This document shows, piece by piece, positions 32,216-45,930 of a stretch of 64,000 nt of DNA; position 1 is the first letter of the stretch, and each line of letters begins with the position of its first letter. This DNA is from Octopus vulgaris (lineage: Eukaryota). The notes under the pieces are model-generated. The model made no database searches. It had not been told where the DNA came from and saw nothing but the letters and a program-made list of their open reading frames with translations. The position numbers and the translations under genes were made by a program. The stretch lies in assembly GCA_951406725.2 (NCBI GenBank), contig OX597839.1, forward strand, positions 38,316,001 through 38,380,000, read 5' to 3'.

Positions 32216-32427
32216 CACACACAGTCTACGCACAACCTAGCGTATTGCTTTACTGTAAACCAAAACTGACCAAGAATCGTGTGTCAAATGGATTACAACA
32301 ACAAGAAATGGCTATTTATAATTCGGAACGGTCTGAGCCAACTGTCTTGATTCATTTATATACACAGATTGACGTATGGTCATAATCGCATACATTCGCA
32401 TATGGCTAAACGCATATATGTATGTAT

Positions 32428-32458
<31 letters not shown>

Positions 32459-32513
32459 ATACATGCATACGTGCATACACATATACACACTCACACCTGC
32501 GCATAAATACATT

Positions 32514-32555
<42 letters not shown>

Positions 32556-33289
32556 AATGCAAGCTTGCACACACTTATAACAAGCTCACACGCACACATA
32601 TACCCACGCACATATACACACATACACTCACACATGCATATGCATATATAGATATACAAACATACATACATATATATACATACATGCATGCACAGAAACA
32701 CGCACTCAGGCACAAACGCATAAGGACACACGCACATATATAGCCACATACATACACTCACATACACACACACACACATATATATATGTATATACATATG
32801 TACATACATGCACACACAAATACCCGCACATACACAAACACACAGAGCCTCAAACACACATACCCGCACACACACACACACACACATACACACACACTCA
32901 CACATACACACACACTCACACATACACATACAGATATATGTGTGTTTACATATACACATACATGCACACACAAATACACACACACTTAAACACAAAAACA
33001 CACACATTTACATGTGGACGTTCATGTATACACGTTGACAGACACGCAATCATACGGTCATATACTGACATATACATAGATATGACAGAAGTAAATAGAC
33101 ACCCATAAAAACATCATTTTATGTTTATCCTATCTTGCAGAAGGTTTATATCTTTTTATTGATTGACATTGTTTGACATTTTTATGTTTCAGATTCTATA
33201 TGTGTCTGTTTCATCATACCATGTACAAAAGAAGTCTTGGAACTGTCCAAATTTCATAGAATCCGTTTTGTGGGTCACTCTGACGGTGG

Positions 33290-33791
33290 ACTTAGTCATC
33301 GTAAAATCGCAGAAAACCTTGGGGGTCTTGTTTTCTACAGCTAATAGAATGATTGCGCAATTCACCAGAGAGGGAAGGAGTCCAGGTCATCTCGCCCAGG
33401 TTGACCAGCTCCCTCTGACAGGACCCTTCGCTTTGTTAAGAGAAGTGTGGAGGATAATCCTCGTTGCCAGGCCTCTGACATAGAAGAACAAGTTGGTATC
33501 AGTCCCAAAACAGTTGTCAGGTATCTCCACAAACTTAGTTACTACGGCTGAACAGCAAGAAGGAAGCCACTTCTTCTACCAACCAATATCAAGCGGAGAA
33601 AAGATTGGACCAGTTAAATGGTGGAGAGGCCACTAGCATTTTGGGTCACTGTCACATTCTCCAGTGAGTTCAAATTTTCTGTATTTCCTGATAGTGGTCG
33701 AATGTGGGATTCTGGTGACTCTATGATCAAGAATTTGATGTGAAAAATGTTGCAGCCAACAATGAAACACGGCAGCTTTTCTGTGATGGTC
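33290..33791 (+). pseudogene. Tc1-like transposase remnant
   Basis: Translation VGISPKTVVRYLHKLSYYG*TARRKPLL...RRKDW...FWVTVTFSSEFKF...QPTMKHGSFSVMV matches the Tc1 motifs ARRKPLL, W..V.FSDESKF and PTVKHGGGSVMVWG; it contains stops and frameshifts. Confidence 0.85.
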
Positions 33792-33828
33792 TTTGTGCCT
33801 AGAGTAGAAAAGAATATATAAGACAGGC

Positions 33829-34387
33829 AAGGCGGCGAGCTGGCAGAAACGTTAGCACGACGGGCGAAATGCTTAGCGGTATTTCGTCTGCTGTTACGTT
33901 CTGAGTTCAAATTCCGCCGAGGTCGACTTTGCTTTTCATCCTTTCGGGGTCGATGTAATCGATTTAATCCGTGTGTCTGTCCTTGTTTGTTCCCTCTGTG
34001 TTTAGCCCCTTGCGGGTAATAAAGAAATAGAAATAGGTATTTCGTCTGCCGTTACGTTCTGAGTTCAAATTCCGCCGAGGTCGACTTTGCTTTTCATCCT
34101 TTCGGGGTCGATTAAATAAGTACCAGTTACGCACTGGGGTCGATGTAATCCATTTGTCTATTTGTCTGTCCTTGTTTGTCCTCTCTGTGTTTAGCCCCTT
34201 GTGGGTAGTAAAGAAATAGGTATTTCGTCTGTCTTTACGTTCTGAGTTCAAATTCCACCAAGGTCGACTTTGTTTTTAATCCTTTCAGGGTCGATAAATT
34301 AAGTACCAGTTGCCCACTGTGGTCGATCTAATCGACTGGCCCCCTAGCCCAAAATTTCAGGCTTTGTGCCTAGAGAAGAAAAGAATA
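33829..34387 (+). mobile_element. SINE type B, one head plus internally restarted tandem units (three bodies)
   Basis: Each tail ...AAAGAAATAG joins directly to the internal GGTATTTCGTCTG of the next unit. Confidence 0.9.
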
Positions 34388-34564
34388 AAGAGGAACCGAA
34401 ATACGTACCGACAAAATATTCCAAACGTAGCCGAAATATTTGGGTTGGATACAATATCGTGGCCGCATCGCGTTACGTTGATCACTCTCTCCAGAAAATT
34501 CGGACACACTGCACAAAATATACAATTGTAGATAGGTAGGTAGATAAATAGATAGCTAGCTAGC

Positions 34565-34606
<42 letters not shown>

Positions 34607-34703
34607 CGTTCGTACATACATACATGGATGCATGCATGTATGCATGTATGTATGTATGTATGTAGGTAGGTAGGTAGGTATCATTATTCAGTTTTATATA
34701 TAC

Positions 34704-34738
<35 letters not shown>

Positions 34739-34748
34739 AACAACCCTA

Positions 34749-35421
34749 ACCCAAAAAGGTTATTTTAACATACCGAACTACTTGGTAAAATTATTAATTA
34801 TTAATTATTAATTAATTCATTGATTAATTAATTAATCAATTTTACCCTTTTATTTTTATTGAAATATAATTTACTCCCTGATTGAATACTGCAGTTTCTG
34901 CGGGATTACTCGTAACACACGTAGATATTTGAGCATAAATACATGTTCTCATTCGGCTGTATATTTTTGAAAGTGTGGTTGAATATTGGGTATGCGATGA
35001 CGCTTGGTCGTGTACATATTTAATCCTAACACTCTCAAATTTATATTTTGAAACGCTGCACTGAAGATGAGAAATAAGTAAATAAATATAACTTTTCTTT
35101 AATCCCGAAACGCGTATGTAGCTAATCTAAGTCATGTGGATTCGTTATTTTTTCTCTTTGCCTACGTAAAAAAGTGAGTTACTGTCTAGGAGATATTTAT
35201 GGTAACGGAAAAAGTATTTTAACTGCTATTTCTAAATCCGGTGCGTGGCGAAGCAATTAGCTGACCCCTGATTATAATTATACTTATAATTATAGAATAT
35301 TTGTATAATGTTACCCAAAAAGGTTATTTTAACGTACCGAACTACTTGATAAAATAATTAATTATCAATTAATTTATTGATTAATTAATTAATTAATTTT
35401 ACCCTTTTGTTATTATTGATA

Positions 35422-35424
<3 letters not shown>
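34749..35424 (+). mobile_element. Non-coding element with ~115-bp direct terminal repeats and an internal hammerhead, inserted in (TA)n (pLTR- or retrozyme-like)
   Basis: ACCCAAAAAGGTTATTTTAAC.TACCGAACTACTTG...TTTTACCCTTTT starts at both 34749 and 35313. (TA)n flanks both sides, and the HHR lies at 35055-35122. Confidence 0.75.
35055..35122 (+). ncRNA. Type-I hammerhead ribozyme motif, intact core
   Basis: GCTGCA-CTGAAGA-(39-nt imperfect stem II)-GAAACGCGTA-TGTAGC. Stem I GCTGCA/TGTAGC pairs 6/6 with one G-U, stem III is the palindrome ACGCGT, and the cleavage triplet is GUA. Confidence 0.75.
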
Positions 35425-35499
<75 letters not shown>

Positions 35500-35849
35500 A
35501 CAGAGAGCGGGAGAGAAAGAAATTGAAGAAATTCATGTAAAAATCGAACAAACGACTCAAAAACAAAACAAAAATTTTAAAAAGGGCAAAAGAATCGTAC
35601 CCGAATCACAAAGGCTTTGTATTTCGTGGTTTGATGAATTCCAGCTGATCTTGGAAATAGAAGTGGTAAGTTGGCAGTGTGTTGCGCTCTGCTGGAGACA
35701 TCTGGTGAAGTTATTCGACTCTACCGCACGCCTGGTGGAAAATCAGTTCACAGAACAATGTGTTAGACGAATTATGGTGTCACAAGTTGTCATATTTACG
35801 CTATTCAATAATTCACAGATGTCTAACTTTTTTATGATCTTTTATTTTT

Positions 35850-36075
35850 TATTTGTTTCAGCCATTGAACTATGGCCATGTTGGAGCACCGCCTCCATTG
35901 GTTTTAGTCGCACGAATCCCTCCCTGTACTTAGGTATTTTTTTTTTGTTTTGTGTTTTTTTTTTTAAAGATTGGTACTTATTCTATCAGTCTCTCTTTGA
36001 CGAAGCGCCCGTTACGGAGACGTAAGCAAACCGATGCCAGTTATCAAGCGATAGATATCGGTAACAAGCACAAAG
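35850..36075 (-). mobile_element. SINE type A, diverged 3' part
   Basis: TTTGTTTCAGCCATTGAACTATGGCCATGTTGGAGCACCGCC...GTACTTATTCTATCAGTCTCT. Confidence 0.75.
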
Positions 36076-36169
36076 GCACACACAGACAAACATACACACA
36101 CACATATACACACACACATACACACATACACACACACGTACATACACACACACATATATACATATATGC

Positions 36170-36390
36170 AAGGCGGCGAGCTGGCAGACTCGTTAGCACG
36201 CCGGGCGAAATGCGTAGCCGTATTTCGTCTGCCGTTACGTTCTGAGTTCAAATTCCGCCGAGGTCGACTTTGCCTTTCATCCTTTCGGGGTCGATAAATT
36301 AAGTACCAGTTACGCCCTGGGGTCGATGTAATCGACATAATCCGTTTGTCCCCTCTGTGGTGTTTAGCCCCTTGTGGGCGGTAGTGAAAT
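36170..36390 (+). mobile_element. SINE type B, single unit
   Basis: AAGGCGGCGAGCTGGCAG...GCCTTTCATCCTTTCGGGGTCGATAAATTAAGTACCAG...AGCCCCTTGTGGG. Confidence 0.9.
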
Positions 36391-36527
36391 ACATATGTAC
36401 ATATATACATATACATACACACAGAGGGTTGGCCAAAAGCTACCCGACAGTAAATCACAATTCCATAAGTTTTATCTGTAATTCTGTATTGACTCGGATG
36501 GAAAAAGGGTGTCGCTCAAGAAGGACT

Positions 36528-36621
<94 letters not shown>

Positions 36622-36629
36622 AACCAGAC

Positions 36630-36737
<108 letters not shown>

Positions 36738-36738
36738 C

Positions 36739-36917
<179 letters not shown>

Positions 36918-36964
36918 CAGACAAACAGACAGACAGACATACAGACAGACAGATAGATAAATAA

Positions 36965-37035
<71 letters not shown>

Positions 37036-37173
37036 TGTTTCTTTATTAGCCACACAGGGCTGCACACAGATAGAACAAATTACAAGGTAGAGCTTTTTTT
37101 GAAGGTTTAAGAAAAAAAAAAAAAAAAAAAAAGGAAGGGGAGTTTCGATCAAAAGGGATCGTAAAGGAGAGAA

Positions 37174-37217
<44 letters not shown>

Positions 37218-37246
37218 CTAGGTAGGTAGGTAGGTAGGTAGGTAGG

Positions 37247-37334
<88 letters not shown>

Positions 37335-37555
37335 CACACGATGGTCTTCCACACAGTTTCTGTCTACTAAATTCACTCATAAGGCATATTGATTGACCTG
37401 GAGCTATAGTATAAGATAATCGACAAAGGCGCCTCTCAATGAGACTGAAACCAGTAGCTGCAAGCGAGCTTCTCAACCACGTAATATAAATCATGTTAAC
37501 ATTTGTTATAGGGTGTATGGAAATGCTGATTAGAAATAATAGTACAGCAATGAAA

Positions 37556-37682
37556 TAGAGAATACTTTAGGAAATAACTAAGTGTGCTATAATTTTGAAA
37601 TCATGTTTCGTTCTAGTTATGAGCTCATCAGTGAAACATGGACTTTACCGTACATGCTGAATCTGAGGTAGAATAAAGTAAA
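37556..37682 (-). repeat. ~125-bp dispersed direct repeat (second copy ~38830-38957) containing a hammerhead-like core
   Basis: TTTTGAAATCATGTTTCG.TCTAGTTATGAGCTCATCAG.GAAACATGGACTTTACCGTACATGCTGAA occurs twice, about 1.27 kb apart. Confidence 0.85.
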
Positions 37683-38224
37683 TGAAACTAAAATAAATTA
37701 CGAGAGTCTTCATGAGTTTGTCGTCGGCAGATGTAGATAACTAGAAAGGAAATAGCTCAGGGTAGCCATCTGCTTGAAAAGCAACAGTCATGTCAGTGAT
37801 ACGATATTTTAAATGGAAATAGCTTTCACTTACATGCATAGCGTTCCGGTGTCGACAGCTTCTGCTGATTGGCTGAGAGAATCTGCTTTCACGTGTAAGA
37901 GGTTCGCGCATCGCTGGGCGGCGGATAAATCACAGCTCTTCTCCCGGGATGATGAGTATCCTGGGTATTTTGAAAGAAATTAGCGAGATAAAAAAATGTC
38001 AGTGTTTTTGTTGTTGTTGTTGTTGTTTAGCTCCGAGCCAGTTCTGACACAGCACACCGATTACCATGTTTGTTTGTTTGTTTTTTTTTTTGTTTGTTTT
38101 AATTTTTAGACAAAGTGTCGTCTGTCCCATTTCCAAATTGAACTGAGCGGGTGCATGGTTATACCATAAAAAAATGCGTAGCAACACCTCAGGCAAAAGA
38201 CTTCCCGAAATAATAAAGAATAAA

Positions 38225-38225
38225 C

Positions 38226-38262
<37 letters not shown>

Positions 38263-38298
38263 AATGATGATGATGATGATGATAATGATGATGATGAA

Positions 38299-38332
<34 letters not shown>

Positions 38333-38412
38333 ATGATGATGATGGTGGTGATGATGATGATGATGATGGTGGTGATGATGATGATGATGATGATGACGAC
38401 GACGACGACGAC

Positions 38413-38445
<33 letters not shown>

Positions 38446-38593
38446 GGTGGTGGTGGTGGTGGTGGTGATGATGATGATGATGATGGTGGTGGTGCTGGTG
38501 GTGGTGGTGGTGGTGGTGATGATGATGATGATGATGACGACGACGACGACGACGATGATGATGATGGTGGTGGTGGTGGTGGTGGTGGTGTGA

Positions 38594-38627
<34 letters not shown>

Positions 38628-38676
38628 GGTGGTGGTGGTGGTGGTGGTGGTGGTGGTGGTGGTGGTAGTGGTGATG

Positions 38677-38708
<32 letters not shown>

Positions 38709-38745
38709 GATGATGATGATGACGACGATGAGGCTGATGATAATG
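38225..38745. repeat. (GAT)n/(GGT)n/(GAC)n compound trinucleotide array
   Basis: Direct observation. Confidence 0.95.
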
Positions 38746-39732
38746 AACATCAGTTTCTTTCCCTGATCCACTAAGTTACGGGGATGTAAACCTGCCAGTG
38801 CCGCTTGTCAAATGTTGAAGCAGTTAAATGGAGAAATACATTAGTCAATAACTCAAGTGTGCAGTAATTTTGAAATCATGTTTCGATCTAGTTATGAGCT
38901 CATCAGGGAAACATGGACTTTACCGTACATGCTGAAGCTCAGGTAGAATAAAGTAATTATCTATTCACATTTTAAATTAATCATGCATTACCTCGTAGCT
39001 ACGAGATTTTGATTATGTGGTTGTTAATTTTCAGAATGACATTGTCGGTTAGGTGCGAGAGGCCAGATCCGACTGGCTTCAAGATAAAACTGGGAGACTA
39101 GTTGGGTTGGATATGGCACGTTTAAATTCTGAAGAGTTAAGCTAATATTTCTAGCATGCGGAGCCGCCACGTTGCAGGCTCGTTCGTTGCCTCGACAGAA
39201 AGAATGTTCTGTCTGTGTGTCGATGCCAACATATTGGCAATCCAGCCGTACTTTCGTCTCTTCAAAAATTCCTGATTAACTCTAATTGTTGTCAGCTCCG
39301 ATGAAGGGTTAGGTGGTAGACGGACGGATGAACGGGTAGATTGGGGGTGGTGGGGTGGTGGTGGTGGTGGTGGTGATGGTGGTGGTGGTGGTGGTGATGG
39401 TGAGAAGACGGTGGAGAGGAGAGGTTGATGAAGCAGGGAGGAGAATGGAGGTGTGGGGTGGGGTGGGGTGGGGTGGAGCGCGGGGTGGGAGTGCGGGGTG
39501 GAGTGCGGAGTGGGCTCGTCGGGTGGCTCGGTGGATTAGGAAGATTAGTTGATTCGGTTACTTCGTTAGTCAGTTGATTTGTGGGGAGTTCTTCTATACA
39601 CATTGGATGCCATTCCATTTATCATTCCTACCCCGACCACTTCCACCCCTACCTTCCAATACCCCTACCACTTCCATCAGCCACATCCTCCTACACTCTC
39701 TCTCTCTTATCCTCCCGTTATATATATATGTA

Positions 39733-39797
<65 letters not shown>

Positions 39798-39814
39798 ACA
39801 CATAAACATATATG

Positions 39815-39846
<32 letters not shown>

Positions 39847-39866
39847 CCAGCATGTAGATGTAGATG

Positions 39867-40032
<166 letters not shown>

Positions 40033-40084
40033 AGTATGTATTTGTATGTATGTATGTATATATATGCGTGGGTCTGTGTGTGTG

Positions 40085-40116
<32 letters not shown>

Positions 40117-40619
40117 CTGTATATATATATATATTCATACACTCACATACACATATATGTATGTGAGTGTGTGTGTGTGTGTATATCTTCTGTAAATGTC
40201 TGAAATGAATACGATTTATGATGATGGATTTATTATGACAAAAATGGTGGTTGTGGTGGTGGTGGTGGTGGTGAAGGTGATGGTGAAGGTGGTAGCGCCG
40301 CCGCCATCACAACCAGCGTCGCCACCACCATCGTCATCACCATGATCCTCATCATCATCATCATCATTCTCATCATCATCAACGTCATCATCACCACCAC
40401 CACCACCACCACTACCATCATCATCATCATCATCATCACTAGTTCTTCTTCCTTTCGAGTTTATGTTGTCCATGTTCAGAAAGTGGGATTGGCTTTGTGC
40501 AAATCCTTCCACCACTATAATAAAAAAAAAATCTGGAGCATCGCTGGGAATCGAACTCGCGAGCTTGTGATCGTAAGCCGAATGCCCTAACCATTAAACC
40601 ACCGCTACGCACGCACATG

Positions 40620-40860
40620 CTGCTGAGGGCTCCACAGACACGCGTGCCCTTAACGTGGTCTTCAGCGAGATTCTGCGAGACTCTGAATGTGACGAGGCTG
40701 GCCCTTTAGAATTACAGGTACGACTCATTTTTTTGTCAGCTTAGTGGACTGGTGCAACGTGAAATAATCTTTCTTGCTCAAGGACACAACGCGCCGCCGG
40801 GAATTGAACTCGCGACTTTACGATCGGGAGACGAATGCCGTAACCACTGAGCCACACGCC
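40620..40860 (-). mobile_element. SINE, head type D + tail X
   Basis: Minus strand GGCGTGTGGCTCAGTGGTTACGGC...GAGTTCAATTCCCGGCGGCGCGTTGTGTCCTTGAGCAAG..., followed by the GTACCTGTAATTCTAAAGGGCCAGCC tail. Confidence 0.8.
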
Positions 40861-40958
40861 TACACACAACAAGACTTCCATCGTCATCACAAACACCAAC
40901 ATCGCAGCTTCCAACACCACCACCACCACCACCACCACCGCTTTTACCACTGGCCTTC

Positions 40959-40990
<32 letters not shown>

Positions 40991-41451
40991 CAGCAACAAC
41001 GACAACAACGTTAGCAAATACAACCGCCGCCGTCACCACAAAACAAAACAACGACACAAACACCACCACCACCACCACCACCACCACCACCACCACCACC
41101 ACCACCACCACCAACAACACCACCACCATCACCACCACCACCAACACCAACACCACCACCACCACCACCAACACCACCACCACCACCACCAACACCACCA
41201 CCACCACCAACACCACCACCACCACCACCACCACCATCACCACCACCACTATGACCACCACCACCACCACCTAGAGCAACAATATCTTTGACAACACCCC
41301 CCCCAACATTATAACTTCAGCCACCACCACCACCACCACCACCACCACCATTACCACCAGCACCGCCTGCGCCGCCAATCTTCATGTCTGTCTAATTAAC
41401 CACTTTTGGTGCGTTGAGTGGTTGTTCTGAAACCGGAGGTCTGAGAAGTAT

Positions 41452-41465
41452 GTTCCCATGGTAAC
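41452..41465. promoter_or_regulatory. RFX X-box motif
   Basis: GTTCCCATGGTAAC fits the 14-bp X-box consensus RTHNYYWTRRNRAC and lies in a unique island. Confidence 0.4.
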
Positions 41466-41520
41466 GTATAACCCTTTCATACAGAACTCACTTCATTAGA
41501 GACCCACACCTCATGTCATG

Positions 41521-41609
<89 letters not shown>

Positions 41610-41837
41610 AATATATGCATATATATACATACATATATATATATATATATACCTATATATATATGTATGTATACATGCATATATATATACAGGACATCAA
41701 AACAACATGAACAAAATGATAAAAACATGGATATATATATAAACGAGAACATGCATATATATATATATATATATACATACACACCCATATGTATGTATGT
41801 GTGCGTGCGTTTACACATATACATATATATACATACA

Positions 41838-41899
<62 letters not shown>

Positions 41900-42573
41900 A
41901 AATAACCAGCAAGGATATCCAGAGATAATGCTGTACGATCGTTTCAAGCAACTCCATTGAACCTGGGGTGGAGGGTTCGAAACAATCGTCCGTACTTATC
42001 CGCTTTCGCTTTGATTTTCGAAGAGTTATTCACATCAGCAGGGCTTCTGACCCCTATAACGGAAAATGTTTTTTTTCTTGTCTCTCCCAAACAGCAATAT
42101 CCAACCTGTTATGTTTGCACTCGGGAGGAGTTTTTTTGGGAATGTTCCATCAAAATATTCCTTACGTTGATGTTTGTGTATGGATTCAGTAAGTAGGGTG
42201 CGTCTCTATATTGTATGTATGTGTGGATGGATGGATAGATGGATGGATGAATAGTTGAATGGGCGGATATATGTATTATGAATACATGTATGTATGTACG
42301 TATGCATGTATGTATGTATGTATGTATGTATGCATGCATGTATGTATGTATGTATGTATGTATGTATGTATGTATGTATGTATGTATGTATGTATGCATG
42401 TATGTATGCATGTATGTATGCGTGTATGTATGTATATATTATCTATGTATGTACGTATACATGTATGTATCTATGCGTGTACGTACACATGTATGTATAT
42501 ATGTATGTACACATATATATATATGTATGTATTCATGTAGGTACGCATGTATGTATGAATATGTATGTATGTG

Positions 42574-42605
<32 letters not shown>

Positions 42606-43129
42606 TGCATGTATGTGTGCGTGTATGTATGCGTGCATGTATGTATGTATGTATGTACACACGTATGTATGTATGTATTTATATAGGTACGCATGTATGT
42701 ATGTATGTATTATGTATGTATGTATGTATGTATGTATGTATGTATGTATGTACACACGTATGTATGTATGTATTTATATAGGTACGCATGTATGTATGTA
42801 TGTATGTCGAATACGTGATTATCATATTTATGAAGTAGGTGAACTCAATGCCAGTTCCGCCGAGTTCATTGGCGTATAAAATAATACAAACCCAGGGCAA
42901 TCTACGAATAGTTTCGCGGCGTTCGTCATAGTTCTGTAATTTACTCTGCATGAGCACAAACAATCCACAACCGAGGAAAGCGCTTAAGACGTTTGTGCAC
43001 CCGAAGACAGAGTTATACAAATATTATGCATAATAAGGAAATGGTGCCTAATAAGTGCAGGTTACTGCATTATACCTATATATATATATGTGTGTGCGTG
43101 CATACACATACATTTGTGTGTGTGTGTGT

Positions 43130-43172
<43 letters not shown>

Positions 43173-43177
43173 TGTGT

Positions 43178-43430
43178 GGAGGCGCGTGGCTTAGTGGTTA
43201 GGGTATCAGTATCATGATCGTAAGATTGTGGTTTCGATTCCTAGACCGGGCGACGCGTTGTGTTCTTGAGCAAAACACTTCATTTTCACGTTGCTCCAGT
43301 CCACTCAGCTGGCAAAAAGGAGTAACGCTGCGATGGACTGGCGTCCCGTCCAGCTGGGGAATACATACGCCATTGAAACTGTGGGAAACCGGGCCCATGA
43401 GCCTGGCTAGGCTTTAAAAAGGGCGTATTT
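43178..43430 (+). mobile_element. SINE, head type D + tail Y
   Basis: GGAGGCGCGTGGCTTAGTGGTTAGGG...GGTTTCGATTCC...TGTGTTCTTGAGCAAAACACTT, followed by GATGGACTGGCGTCCCGTCCAGCTGG...GGGCCCATGAGCCTGGCTAGGC. Confidence 0.85.
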
Positions 43431-43454
43431 ATTATTTATATATTTTGACTCCAT

Positions 43455-43595
43455 TTTTACCTTCTTATTCCTTTCTGTCGAAGAGCGTCGGCTCAAAATG
43501 TAAAAGACTTTTCCATTTTTCCCGAGCGTTAAACTAATACACCTGCTTGTTGTTCCTTCACTTGTCTTCGTCTTTTGTCTTTCTATAAATTTGAA
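43455..43595 (+). mobile_element. A6U hammerhead-like element, copy 2 (GAAA decayed to AAAA)
   Basis: CTTT-CTGTCGA-AGAGCGTCGGCTC-AAAATGTA-AAAG; ends at (TA)n. Confidence 0.7.
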
Positions 43596-43639
43596 TATAT
43601 ATATATATATGTATACATATATATGTCTATATATATATA

Positions 43640-43916
43640 TGGGCCCGGTTTCGCGGTTTCTGTGGCGAATGTGCCCCACCCCCCAGCTGGACAGGACGCC
43701 AGTACATCGCAGCGTTACTCAAGAAACAGGAAGAAAGAGTGAGAGAAAGTTGGGGTGAAAGAGTACAACAGGGGTCGCCACCACCCCCTGCTGGAGCCTC
43801 GATGAGCTTTAGGTGTTTTCGCTCAATAAACACTCACAACGCCCGGTCTGGGAATCGAAAACGCAATCCTCCGACCGCGAGTCAGCTGCCTTAACCACTG
43901 AGCCATTGCGCCTCCA
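43640..43916 (-). mobile_element. SINE, head type C + tail Y
   Basis: Reverse complement of the 47885 copy. Confidence 0.85.
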
Positions 43917-44204
43917 CATCTATAATTGCGGCTTGTTCATAATTATAAACGTTTTTCTTCATTATCTTTCATGATAACATGTTTGGCCATTGATGTATTC
44001 ATAAATTGTCTTAATTATTTATAATATATCCTCCGTTATGTTTTTACATTACTCTCTACTTGTATATAGAGATACGATTAATGGACCAAAGATGGTTTTA
44101 GACCAAATAATATATCATGGGAATATATCAATTTGTGTATTAGTTAATGTGTGTATGTGTATGTATGCCTATCTATATGTGTGTCTGTATACATATTCGC
44201 GTGT

Positions 44205-44349
<145 letters not shown>

Positions 44350-44420
44350 TAGATACATACATACATGCATACATACATACATACATACATACATACATAC
44401 ATACATACACACATACATAG

Positions 44421-44905
44421 ATCTCATCAACTTGGACATCAGATTCACCCAGTTTGACATCGTCGACTTCTACCCTTTCATATCTAAGCCCCTCTTCCTG
44501 AAGGCCCTAACGTTTGCTGAGCAATTCACTAACACTAGTCATCACGATGTCAAAATCATTGTGAACTCCAGAAGGTCAACCCTGGTCCACGACGATCCCT
44601 TCTGAGTAAAGAAAGAAAATGATCCACTGTTCGATGTCTCATAGGGAGCTTTGACGGGACTGAGATCACCGACCTCGTCGGGTTACTCATTTTGGACACC
44701 TTCAAGAGACGTACATATCCGCATTGGTCGGCCTCTACAGGAACGACGGCCTGACAATAATTTCAAGCCGTATGAACGGCCACACCATGGATAGGTTCAG
44801 GAAGTGCCTAATAAAAATATTCAAAGAGTTCGGCCTGTCCACAACGGTTACAACAAACCTGACCGCGGTTGATTTCTTGGACGTACCCTTAGATCTGAAC
44901 ACGCA
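44421..44905 (+). pseudogene. Penelope-like element reverse transcriptase remnant
   Basis: Translation across frameshifts: RFTQFDIVDFYPFIS...F*VKK...LFDV/IGSFDGTEITDLVG.../GLYRNDGL...VDFLDV. These are PLE-type RT motifs (FDI..FYP.I, GS.DG.E...LVG, GLYRDDGL, FLDV) with stops. Confidence 0.8.
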
Positions 44906-45147
44906 ATTAGGAACCTTGATTCGGGAGATAGCAGGCAGGTGTCCAAACTCTCGGCCAACAGGGGTTCTTTAATAGGGCGTCCCCCCGCTAAAACGATGCA
45001 TTGACCAGGAGCGGGTTCACCGAGAGGCTCACGTACGTGAAGGACCTTCAAACCCCTTCCCCACACCCTATATACGGGACGCACATGCAAAACCAACCAT
45101 AAATGTATATACATCTATATATATATATACACATATTTATACATATG

Positions 45148-45194
<47 letters not shown>

Positions 45195-45232
45195 GTACAT
45201 ACATATATATATATAGATAGATAGATAGATGC

Positions 45233-45263
<31 letters not shown>

Positions 45264-45899
45264 TATATATACACATATAAATACACACACACACGTATAT
45301 ATACATTCATATATATTATACATACATATATACAGATAATATATATATATATATGTATATATACGTATGTATATATATATATATCAGCGTATAACTCACA
45401 CATACATACATACACACACACATACATACATAAATACATACATACATACATGCATACACACACACATACATACATACATACATACATACATACATACATA
45501 CACACATACATACATACATACATACATACATACACACATACATACATACATACATACATACATACGTACATACATACACACAATCATAAACAACCCATTT
45601 TAGATTGCCAAACGGCAGCGCAAAATACCTGCTGTATGTAGGATGGGATGCGATGATGCGGCGAGATGATGCGGGATGCTGGATGGAGGGGGAGGAGGGG
45701 AGGCGGATACAACAGTCTAAGATGATATAAATCACTAGAATATTTGGCCAAGTGGATTCTTAATGCCTGGGGCTGTCTCATTAGTGAGGTTCCGAACACC
45801 CTGCCACCCGCACCACCCTTATATATACCCTGTTACACACACTGTAAGAGCATTATGTACTCTCGCCTCTAACAGCGAGCGCACAACACTCGGGGAAAG

Positions 45900-45930
<31 letters not shown>

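Noticed and set aside
43178-43250. tRNA-like sequences with A and B boxes
   Set aside because: They are SINE heads that continue into SINE bodies and do not form a complete cloverleaf; they are not tRNA genes.
44603-44605. In-frame TGA in the PLE RT as possible selenocysteine recoding
   Set aside because: It falls where Trp is expected (W.KK) and the fragment also has frameshifts, so it is best explained as TGG>TGA decay.
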